Assembly: GCF_001194135.2 (NCBI RefSeq)
Contig: NC_068990.1
Location: forward strand, 60,819,599-60,883,598
Reading direction: 5' to 3'
DNA from: Octopus bimaculoides
Lineage: Eukaryota
Length of the DNA stretch: 64,000 nucleotides
Shown here: in pieces, positions 11,768-21,609 of the stretch
Layout: the number at the start of each line of letters is the position of its first letter
Numbering within the stretch: position 1 is the first letter of the stretch
The notes under the pieces: model-generated
Seen by the model: only the letters and a program-made list of their open reading frames with translations
Databases searched by the model: none
Told to the model about the DNA's origin: nothing
Translations under genes and position numbers: made by a program

Positions 11768-12472
11768 NNNNNNNNNNNNNNNNNNNNNNNNNNNNNNNNN
11801 NNNNNNNNNNNNNNNNNNNNNNNNNNNNNNNNNNNNNNNNNNNNNNNNNNNNNNNNNNNNNNNNNNNNNNNNNNNNNNNNNNNNNNNNNNNNNNNNNNNN
11901 NNNNNNNNNNNNNNNNNNNNNNNNNNNNNNNNNNNNNNNNNNNNNNNNNNNNNNNNNNNNNNNNNNNNNNNNNNNNNNNNNNNNNNNNNNNNNNNNNNNN
12001 NNNNNNNNNNNNNNNNNNNNNNNNNNNNNNNNNNNNNNNNNNNNNNNNNNNNNNNNNNNNNNNNNNNNNNNNNNNNNNNNNNNNNNNNNNNNNNNNNNNN
12101 NNNNNNNNNNNNNNNNNNNNNNNNNNNNNNNNNNNNNNNNNNNNNNNNNNNNNNNNNNNNNNNNNNNNNNNNNNNNNNNNNNNNNNNNNNNNNNNNNNNN
12201 NNNNNNNNNNNNNNNNNNNNNNNNNNNNNNNNNNNNNNNNNNNNNNNNNNNNNNNNNNNNNNNNNNNNNNNNTTTTATGTTTTATTTATATTCCTGCAGA
12301 ACTAATGTGGGGTATAGAATATGGAATATACAATATATAATATAATATACAATATACAAAATAAAATAAAATAAAATAAAAATGGATGGCACCATGAAAG
12401 AAAGTATTGAATGTAGATGAAATATTGAGTGTTCAATATAAAGGATCAAATATATAAATATAAATATATAAA

Positions 12473-12512
12473 GGCGACTCGAGTTTCAGGGCTATTTCCC
12501 TTCGTCATGGCC
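12473..12512 (-). ncRNA. Type I hammerhead ribozyme motif, minimal PLE-like, with core variant
   Basis: Minus strand GGC C(A)TGACGA AGGG-AAATAG-CCCT GAAA C-TCGA-GT C GCC: perfect helix II, palindromic helix III loop, GUC triplet and 3-bp helix I; one extra A in the CUGANGA core. Confidence 0.65.
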
Positions 12513-12519
12513 GGTGTGT

Positions 12520-12683
12520 GTATATTTTCAACAGGCTTCTTTCAGTGTCCATCTACCAAATCCACTCACAAGGCTTTGGTCAGCCCAAGACCCTAGTAGA
12601 AGACACTTGCCCAGGGTGCTATGCAGTGGGACTGAACCCAGAACCATGTGGTTGGGAAGTGAGCTTCTTACCACACAGCCATT
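12520..12683 (-). mobile_element. SINE family A, 5' half
   Basis: Reverse complement of the 8295-8460 head. Confidence 0.88.
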
Positions 12684-12787
12684 TTGTATTGCATTTTACT
12701 ATTTCATTTAGGCATAGCGATACTAATAACTTAGTGTTAGAATTCAATATGTATATGCTTCAGAATGCCTTTCCAAATAAAACTGCA

Positions 12788-12887
12788 TTTCATGTTTGAA
12801 GCTCTGATGAAGCTATAGAGTGATACACAAGCATTCAACTATGAGTGCATTGCATCTTATAGTAGAAACAGCTGTAAGTTAATGAAG
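12788..12887 (+). ncRNA. Type I hammerhead ribozyme motif
   Basis: CTGATGA 12804-12810; long helix II (GCTATA/TATAGT plus an inner GCATTCA-acta-TGAGTGC hairpin); GAAA 12865-12868; C-AGCT-GT palindromic helix III; GUA triplet 12874-12876; helix I AGCT/AGTT plus distal TTTCAT/ATGAAG. A.A mismatch at the base of helix II. Confidence 0.7.
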
Positions 12888-13513
12888 TTCATAATGTAAT
12901 TTCTTTTCCTTTGTCATTTTAATTTCCTGTATATACTAGTATCTAAATTGACTGATAAATAAAACCCTAATAAATGCCATCTATCCATTTATGTCTTAAT
13001 TTTCCCTTCTTTTCTATGTATTGTTTTATCTTGTCAGAATTAGTATATTGTAAACAATCATGACAATAAAACACTCAAATGGCTAGTACATAATTAATCA
13101 TGAAAAACATTCTTGTTTATCTAGAAAATATTTTTATCATTTCGTGCTGGGCCTCTGAGACTGGGATGGAGGGAGGATTCATGCTGAAACTGGTGAACTT
13201 GGCCTCAATGCTTGCAACAGAGGAGACTCTGCTAATGGAACCTATGATACCAGATGTCTGTTGTAAAAATGAAAAATAAATTAAGTCTGCCACCCAAGTA
13301 AACCATAATAGATGCAGAAAAAAAAAAATACTGAAGTTAATTCTGCATGGTATCTGGTCCAGTGTTTTTACAGTTCCATCGTCTACCACCTTGTGGTCTA
13401 CCCCTGTAGTGCTGACAGAGAGCTCCTTCAAATGCAGTCACTATGCATGACTGCCACTCCCATGCACTACCATCAGCAGCTGATGCAATTTCTTCTCTCA
13501 AGACCGACAGATA

Positions 13514-13515
<2 letters not shown>

Positions 13516-13578
<63 letters not shown>

Positions 13579-13606
13579 CACTACTACTACTACCACTACT
13601 ACTACT
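13516..13606. repeat. Compound (CTA)n/(CTG)n trinucleotide microsatellite
   Basis: Direct reading; produces the poly-Y and poly-L ORFs in the track. Confidence 0.97.
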
Positions 13607-13898
13607 TGTCTATAACCCTACACTGGTACTTTTTTCTATCAATCTCATAGGGATAAAAAGGAAAGTTGCTTTAGCACATATGAACTCAGAGCACACATTG
13701 TTGAAGCAATTGTAAAGAAACATGCCATCTGGTGCTCTTATAACTCAGCCAATTTACTTTTGGTCCTATGATTCAAAACCTGCAAATTTTAAGGACTATT
13801 TGCTTAGTTATATTCCAAATACCAGTTAATATTTTCAAGTAAATTTGTATTTTACTTTATCCTTAAAAATTCTTGATTATTTCCAAAATTTAGTGGAA

Positions 13899-14046
13899 GG
13901 TGCAGGTGTGGCTGTATAGTAAGAAGTTCGCTGTCAAACCAAGTTTCCTGGTTCATTTCTGCTATGTGGTACCTTGGCCACTATAGCTTTGGGATAACTA
14001 AAGCCTCATGAGTGGATTTGGTAGGTGGAAACTGAAAGAAGCCTAT

Positions 14047-14086
<40 letters not shown>

Positions 14087-14300
14087 NNNNNNNNNNNNNN
14101 NNNNNNNNNNNNNNNNNNNNNNNNNNNNNNNNNNNNNNNNNNNNNNNNNNNNNNNNNNNNNNNNNNNNNNNNNNNNNNNNNNNNNNNNNNNNNNNNNNNN
14201 NAGCAAAAGAGACCGATAAAATAAGTATCAGGCTTTAAAAAAAAGTATTGGGGTCGATTCATTCGACTAAAAATCCTTCAAGGCAGTGCCCCAGCATGGT
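13899..14300 (+). mobile_element. SINE family A with an assembly gap in its internal microsatellite
   Basis: Head 13899-14048, (TA)n, N-gap 14087-14201, then the 3' half agcaaaagagaccgat..ccagcatgg. Confidence 0.85.
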
Positions 14301-14990
14301 AAAAAAACATACACAGATTTTCTCTATAGGCATGATAGGGTTAACTGAGTGAAATATTAGCTTTTTATAACAACCTCATAAAACTATTAATGGATTTGAA
14401 AACTGAATTCAGTTAGGGCTGCTCCAAGATATGTGAATATAAAAAGAACTTCATTTCTTATTCTGTAAATCTGAATTCTGCAAAATGGTAAACAGACTTA
14501 TTTGCTTGGTTAGATTTTTTTTTGTCACTCCTAAGGGAATAATATTTATACTTCAGCATATGCACTGACAGTAAAATTTTATATGCTTCAAGGATTTTTA
14601 TAAAATAACTTTTTCAATTTTGTGAAAGTCAAGATTTTTTTTTTTTTTTGTAAGGAAAGTATTTTATTCAATTATTTCCTTTGAAATGTGATATCTGTTT
14701 CTTTTTGTCCAATTGCCAATATGTATATTATTTTGAAATTTTGAATTATTTTCCAAAAATCTTATTTAGTTGCTTTTAGAATCTTGCCAGTATTTAAATT
14801 TTAAATTTCATCAGCCAACTGTATGAAACTCTAGGCAATTTCTGTGTAATAACAAGTGAGATTTTTTTAATGTAATTCTCCATTCTTATGATATTTGTCT
14901 TAGTTGTGTTCATTCTACTTTGCTGTCAGTGATCTAGCAATTTCCTGTGGTCACTTCTACAAGCTATTTTTACTTTGAATGACATATTTT

Positions 14991-15218
14991 TTAACCCTTT
15001 AGCATTCAGATTATTCTGTCAAATGTAATGTTTATTTATTCATGTTGCTTTGAATTTATTATCTATTATCTTGTAGCTTTGATATTTTGATGATGTGATT
15101 GTTTATTTTAAGAATGACATTGTAGTATAAGTATGAGAGGCTAGATCTGGCTAGTTTGAACATAAAACAGGTAGAATATTTCGGCCAGTTGTGGCTGGTT
15201 TAAATACTAATGGGTTAA
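14991..15218 (+). mobile_element. TTAA-flanked MITE, best copy
   Basis: TTAA-CCCTTTAGCATT ... AATACTAATGGG-TTAA: imperfect TIRs with TTAA on both sides. Confidence 0.85.
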
Positions 15219-15669
15219 CTAAATGCTAAAGTATTAGGTATGTTATCACCAGAATTTGACAAGGCATCCCTTTTTTCTTAGATACTAATGAGCTATAAAT
15301 ATGAATACTATTTGCTAAAGTTAGATGTCTGACATGTATATAACTTACTTGTGTGGATAAAAAGCTTTGATAGACAATTTATGAAACATTTGTTGATGAT
15401 GAGAAGGGAGAAGTGTGATATACTGACATAGTCCCCAATAAAGTGACTATCCAGTTTTCTAGATATGATGTGAATACTCACCTTGTAGGACTGTTAACTT
15501 TAATTTATCCTCATTGTCTACAAATACCATATAAAGTTTTAAGAACAGTGAAAATACTTAGCCTCTGGCTTTATTTCTTCTGTTGTCTTAAGATGTTTTT
15601 TTCTTTTTCAAAATTTTGTCTTGTGTTAATCCTATACATATTTTGATGCAGTTTTTCTATTTGTTGCAG

Positions 15670-15815
15670 GAAGACACACCACTGGGAGCATTTCCATTAG
15701 CTAACTATTGTATTTCTCGCTACTTGGACACCAATAAGGATTATTGCTTTAAAGCAGAGAAGTATGGTGCAAGAACTTATTATTTTATGACAGAAAGTCG
15801 AGAAGATATGAACAG
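15670..15815 (+). CDS. Internal exon encoding the C-terminal half of a PH domain (PLEKHA5/6/7 / PEPP-like)
   Basis: Acceptor ttttctatttgttgcag|GAA and donor AACAG|gtaatt; 146 nt, phase 0 to 2. Reads EDTPLGAFPLANYCISRYLDTNKDYCFKAEKYGARTYYFMTESREDMNR, matching the PEPP-type PH pattern G-x-I/F-PL-x-x-Y ... FKA-x(3)-G-x-RTYYF-x-A/T-D/E-S/T-x-EDM. Orthology not determined. Confidence 0.9.
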
Positions 15816-16804
15816 GTAATTCGGATTTGATGTTTAAATGTCTGAGATGAGTTGTTCAATTCTTAACAATAAGATTACAATATTGTTTTTGACAATTGAC
15901 CTCATTGTTAGAGCTAGAAATGTTTTCTATATCTACATATTACTCTCTGCCTTGAGTGTGTTAATCTTAGATCATCATCAAGTGTTTTATTTATGGATGT
16001 GTACTTAATATGAAACTGCATTCAAATTCACAGATCAAATTGATAGAAATGTTGTGGAGATGTAAATTTTAAAAACCATTCTTTTTTTAAAGATGAATTG
16101 TAATAAGCGTTGGCAATTCAGATTTACATATACACACATACCTACATATGCGTGTGTATGTATGTAAATATACATGTACATATAAATATGTGTATGTGTG
16201 TGTATACACACACACATGTACATATGTGTTTACATGTATGTATGTATGTATCTATTTATCTGTGTGTGTGTGTGTGTATTTATAAATATATATGATGGAT
16301 GACAAGTTGACTAAAGAATTGTTATTTGTTTAATGCTGTATTGATGATTATGAAGAGTAAATGAGATGTCTATACTCTGAAGAGTTAATATTTTTTCACA
16401 CTCATTTATTAATGTAGTTTTCCTGTTTTTATTTTTACACTCCTTGTTTCTTATTCTTTTTATATTTGTCTCTGCTTGACTGGTGTCAGAAATTTATCAA
16501 ATAATAGCCAGAAATTGTTATTTATTTGAATGAATTTGTCATTATTTTTGTTTGTTTTAATATTTATACAATGGCAAACAACATCTTAAGTTATTATTAT
16601 CATTATTTTGGTTAGGGTTTATTTAAATGTTTGATTAAAAAAATATCAAACAAAGAAATACACCTGTGAAAATGGTAAAATTTTAATAATGAAGACAAGA
16701 TGAGTTGGCTGGAATGGTAGACCAAATACATTTTGGTATTTAACTTAATTAATTAGATATTTTCAAATCCTTCTTTGATTTCATGTTTCATTTTTCCTTT
16801 GTAC

Positions 16805-16862
<58 letters not shown>

Positions 16863-16884
16863 TCTTTTAGCTTTTGTTTGTTTA

Positions 16885-17008
16885 AGCTATTAGACTGTAG
16901 CCATGGTGGAACAGTGTCTTGAAGAATTTTTATCAAACAAATCAACCCCAGTACATATTTTTTTTAAAGCCTGGTACTTATTCCATCAGTCTCTTTTGCC
17001 AAACTGAA
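16885..17008 (-). mobile_element. SINE family A, 3' half
   Basis: Reverse complement of 14200-14300 and 8560-8670. Confidence 0.75.
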
Positions 17009-17097
17009 ATATGTAGTTTTATATGTGTGTGTGTATGTGTATTAACTGATGTGGCAAATAAACATATATTTGAGCCTAATACACCAATATAAGTTGT

Positions 17098-17246
17098 TAT
17101 CATCATCGTTGTCGTCTTCATCATCATCATCATCATCATCATTTAAGTCTGTCATCCATGCTGGCATAGGCTGGATGGATTGACAGGAGCTGGTGAGCCG
17201 GGAGAGCTGCACTAGGCACCATTGTCTGCTTTGGCATGGTCTCTAT
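17098..17246 (-). mobile_element. Family F element 3' end with (GAT)n tail (RTE-associated)
   Basis: rc of ..ccatgccagcatgga..cgttaaatgatgatga; similar copies at 30470-30700, 37540-37876, 41480-41702, 56480-56690 and 62932-63120. Confidence 0.75.
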
Positions 17247-17399
17247 CCCAGTCATGAATAATTTTAAACAGGGTTTACATTATTCTAATCAACTTGCCTT
17301 GCTTGATCAATTTTTGTAATTCATCTTACTGTTCTGTACTAACATTACTGACTAATATTTTGGTTAATTATTCAAAGCATTCAAATGAACTTTGATATT

Positions 17400-17650
17400 A
17401 TATCCCTTGTTGGATTATATTGTACTCAACACTTTTTTTTATGTAGCTCAGGCTAGGAATGATATGATTATGTTGACATGTTCCAGTTATTGTCTTGTAA
17501 GTTGTGGGTTTATATCTAACTAAAGTCGTTTTGGATGTTGTACAGTCGTTGTAAACAAGCAAATGGTTATGTATTTTTATACATAATGCAATTTCTACTC
17601 CACTTAATCTTTCTTTCTCAGGGTGTATGATTAGATTTGAAAACAAATTA
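17400..17650 (-). mobile_element. Possible highly decayed Penelope-like RT fragment
   Basis: HP..E..L...VYND.TT.KTTLVRYKPT....C.H..I..SLSY loosely follows the PLE HPxIKF..FLD..LxTTxYRKPT..YLHxxSxHP..K.SxxY pattern. Confidence 0.35.
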
Positions 17651-19029
17651 TGACTAGATTATATTTATATCATAATATTTGAAGAAAAGAATTATTTTTT
17701 CTTTGGATGGTGTGTGGTACTCACCTACCACACTCAAAATATATGCTCCTGGTTAATTTGTAGGTGCTGTGATAGAAATATATTTCTTAGTATGTACATA
17801 CCTTTGTGCAAAGCTTGCTGGAAAAATTATCTACAATAGATTAAATTCCTAGCCAAAAGCAATTGACTTATCTGTCTGGTAATACATGAAATGAGTAACT
17901 TTATTAATTGCATGAAAATTCTGTCATTAAAAATTGATACGACAAATAGACTTTATATGAGACTTGACAAAAAAGAAAGAGAAGGATCAATATTAAATTT
18001 GTCCATTTTTATTTCAGCTTTAACATTAGATTCATATTGTCTTGGAATTATGGTAAAATATTATCAAAACAATATACATATTGATTGAAACAATCTATTT
18101 TTGTTATATTTATAGGAAATATTTTAAGAAGATACTTTTTTATTTACTTACTTTTCTTTATTTTATAAAATAAATTGGAGAAAAACACTATCAATTTCTT
18201 ACGCTAATTTTATTATTGCTTAGTGCAAAAAATTTTTTTTTTTCTGGTCATTTATCTAGGTCTAAGTTGTAACTGTAAATGAAACTAATTGTTAATCTAA
18301 AATTTCTGCAGTTATCCTGTAGCAAATGAAGATGAGACAACAGCAAAAAAAAATTTTTTTAATGTAGTTTTGCTTGCATACTTTTATAGTAAGATTTATT
18401 TAGTTTTAATTTACCTGTTTGAATAAACTGCTTACAGAAAAATATTGCAGCTTATGGTTTTCTTAGCTTCTATTCTTGTAACTACAGACAAGGATAATGT
18501 AAGAGGATTTACCACTGCTGTCTAGCACTGAAATTTGTTTGAAATTTTCAGCCAATTACTTGTTGTTAGGATTGTTTCTTTTGCTCTTGTTTGAATACAA
18601 TATATTTATATGTACTGGAAAGAAATGAGTTTGCTATCATCTATTAGATGTATAATGTTAATTTCTGGGCAAACCAAAGACACATAAGGTAAGAGAAGTA
18701 GAGAATCAAAGACATCAAGCATGGCTGGCAGTGACATTGATAAGAATGCCAGAAGGTATGGTCACTGCCTCTTTCTTATGACTAAACCATAAAATAAGTA
18801 AAGTTATGCATAGGAAGGTTTTTATGTCAGATAAGACTGAGCGAGACTATTGAGGAAGTAGTGAAGTTAGACCTGAAACATTGTACTTTGTAGGTGAGAT
18901 GATACAAGATTGAAACAGGTGATTACTGTCATACAATAGATTTACTTGTTCTCTGCTGGTATTAGAAAATGGATTTTATAACTGTTATAATGATGGTCAT
19001 GCTATCATTATTATCACTATTATCAATAC

Positions 19030-19217
19030 AGCAAGTTAGCAGAATCATTAACGCACTGGACAAAATGATTTGTGAGCATTTCTTCTGTCTTTATATTCTG
19101 TGTTCAAATTCTGCCTTTCATCCTTTTGTGGCTGATGAAATAAGTACCAATTAATCACTAAGCTGGATGTAATTGACTAGCACAAAACTACTGGCTTTGT
19201 GCAAAAATTTGAAACCA
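19030..19217 (+). mobile_element. SINE family D variant ending in (ATT)n
   Basis: gcaagttagcagaatcatta..tgttcaaattct..gcctttcatcc..taagtacca..ttgtgcaaaaatttgaaacc followed by (ATT)n. Confidence 0.75.
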
Positions 19218-19253
19218 CTATTATTATTATTATTATTATTATTATCATTATTA

Positions 19254-19795
19254 ATGAGTGAGAGAGCAGTGCATGCCATCAAAGTAACACTGGAGTAAAA
19301 CATACGAAACCCAGTATACCAATCATGACTACTCATCTGATAAGGGTACACCAGGCACATGCATCATAACCATATGTGCACGACATGGTGATTTCATATC
19401 AAGATAAAACAGTGTATGACCTTGCGGGTGGGGCCCAATTAGAATTTTCTTCAGGTCAAGTAACCCATCCTGCTCAAAAGTTCCCTGAATAAGGATGTTG
19501 AACAAAACCCATGTTTCCAAAGGTGAATTATCCAAATCCCAAAGAATTCCTCTCAACACATGGCTATGATGCTCCCTCACTACTTCTGCTCGTGATAAGA
19601 GATGCACATATCGTCAGCCACTAAGGGACCTGCTCAACTGGTTAAGGTCAAGCAAGTGACAAGCAAATCTGTGGTATTGAACAGAATATTTGCTGTAGCC
19701 CATCTTTTATATCAAGACAAAACATGTACATGATAACACTTCCAATCAGTTAAGATCAGAAGTCATGAGAGCTACTGCCTGTACTGCATCAGGGC

Positions 19796-19796
<1 letters not shown>
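19254..19796 (-). mobile_element. Unclassified ORF-less ~540-bp element flanked by (ATT)n on both sides (element X)
   Basis: Bounded by (ATT)n at 19219-19253 and 19797-19840; a partial homologue lies at 63125-63265 (+). Strand is assigned arbitrarily. Confidence 0.75.
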
Positions 19797-19840
<44 letters not shown>

Positions 19841-19959
19841 GATCATTTTATGTTTGACTTTTGCTTTGCATTTGTACAAGTTGGATCCAAGTCTCACCCA
19901 GAAACCTCAAGAGACAACAAGTTAGAAGTTCATGTATGCTTGTGCCTTTAGTAAAAAGG

Positions 19960-20007
<48 letters not shown>

Positions 20008-20034
20008 GTTATTATTATTATTGTTATTATTATT

Positions 20035-20370
20035 TGATGAATATTCAGCTTATTTTGCTGGGTATGAAGGAAAGTGTCAGCTGTCCACAGCCATTAGACT
20101 AAGCTGACTCTTTTGTAGGTGTTCTACCTTTATGTTTGCACCAATCTTTTTGAGCCATGTCGGTAGTTGAGTGCTGATACTACCAAATGCGCCAATTACT
20201 ATTGGTACCATGTCTACTCTCTTCATTGACCACAACCTATGTATTTCCCACTTCAAATCGTCATAGTTATTCAATTTTTCTTCTTCATTCTCTTTGATCC
20301 TGTTGTCATTGGGACATGCTATGTCGATTATCATTCATGTTCTTTCTTTTTTTTTTTTTGTCACCATGAC
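20035..20370 (-). mobile_element. R4/Dong-like RLE non-LTR retrotransposon 3' fragment
   Basis: IIDIACPNDNRIKENEEEKLNNYDDLKWEIHRLWSMKRVDMVPIVIGAFGSI is the C-terminal restriction-like endonuclease; the 3' end abuts (TAA)n. Confidence 0.92.
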
Positions 20371-20450
20371 AATGTTATTATTATTATGTGATGAAAACTC
20401 ACAACTTATTTTGCTGGGTATGATGGGAAGTGTCAGCGTCACTATTATTA

Positions 20451-20652
20451 GAGTGGTGAGTTCGCAGAATCATTAAAAGTCAGACAAACATTTTGTCTGG
20501 CTTTACATACTGAGTTCAAATACCACCAAAGTTGACTTTGCCTTTTATCCTTCCAGGGTTGATAAATTAAGCACCAGTGAAAACACTGGGGTTGAAGTAA
20601 TTGATTATCCCCCTCCCCCAAATTTCAGGCCTTGTGCCTTTAGTAAAAAGGA
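20451..20652 (+). mobile_element. SINE family D
   Basis: tgagttcaaat..gactttgccttttatccttccagggttgataaattaagcaccag..ccttgtgcctttagtaaaaagga plus (ATT)n. Confidence 0.85.
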
Positions 20653-20653
20653 C

Positions 20654-20731
<78 letters not shown>

Positions 20732-20738
20732 CTTCGTT

Positions 20739-20952
20739 AAGGTAGCAAGCTGGCAGAATAGTTAACATGCTGGATGTAATTCTTAACAGTATTTCATAGG
20801 TCTTCACATTCTGAGTTCAGATGCCACTGAGGTTGACTTTACCTTTCATCCTTTCAGGGTCAATAAAGTAAGTATCAGTCAACTACTAGAGTAAATGTAA
20901 CTGAGTAACCCCCTCCCCCAAAATGTCAGGCTATGTACCTATAGTAGAAAAG
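20739..20952 (+). mobile_element. SINE family D
   Basis: Same architecture, with an (ATT)n tail at 20953-21000. Confidence 0.85.
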
Positions 20953-20965
20953 ATTATTATTATTA

Positions 20966-21000
<35 letters not shown>

Positions 21001-21003
<3 letters not shown>

Positions 21004-21536
21004 TAGTTTTGTTTTTATAACGTGCTTTCACTTCACTACCTATCGCAGCTCTGTATGCCTTGGGTATGTGATGTGGTTTGCTGTGATGCTCTTTTGGTTA
21101 TTGTATTGAAAGTGTTTTGTGTAGGATGTGTGCAGTGCCCAGTAATGCAATTTTCTGTATGTTATATATATTTGTAAGTCCTGGTGTATTTGTCTGAATA
21201 TTTTTTTTATTATACCTAAGGCACCTACTATGATAGGAATTGTTTTTGTTTTTAGATTCCACATTCGAGTTACCTCTATTTCCAGGTCTTTGTATTTTGA
21301 AAGTTTTTCCATTTCTTTTAGNNNNNNNNNNNNNNNNNNNNNNNNNNNNNNNNNNNNNNNNNNNNNNNNNNNNNNNNNNNNNNNNNNNNNNNTCCATAAT
21401 GTTGGCATAGCTTCCAGTGTATATAGGTCCCAGCTCTGTCGTGTCTGTGAATATATTCTTTCTTAGCCAGGACTGGGTAGCCAGAGATAATGATTTATTG
21501 TTTCTTGTCCATCGCCACATATTCTGCAGTTACTTG
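21001..21536 (-). mobile_element. R4/Dong-like RLE LINE 3' fragment (CCHC knuckle plus endonuclease), 5'-truncated
   Basis: CRICGDGQETINH..SGYPVLAKKEYIHRHDRAGTYIHWKLCQHYG, then after the gap LKEMEKLSKYKDLEIEVTRMWNLKTKTIPIIVGALG; (TAA)n on both sides. Confidence 0.93.

Positions 21537-21609
<73 letters not shown>

Noticed and set aside
11724-12345. Long X-containing ORFs here and at 22973-23752, 26836-27629, 35286-35780, 36259-37280 and 37716-38480
   Set aside because: They only read through N-gaps and microsatellites; not evidence of genes.
19560-19620. CTGACGA on the minus strand of element X as a hammerhead
   Set aside because: Followed by GAAG rather than GAAA, with no valid helix III or NUH.
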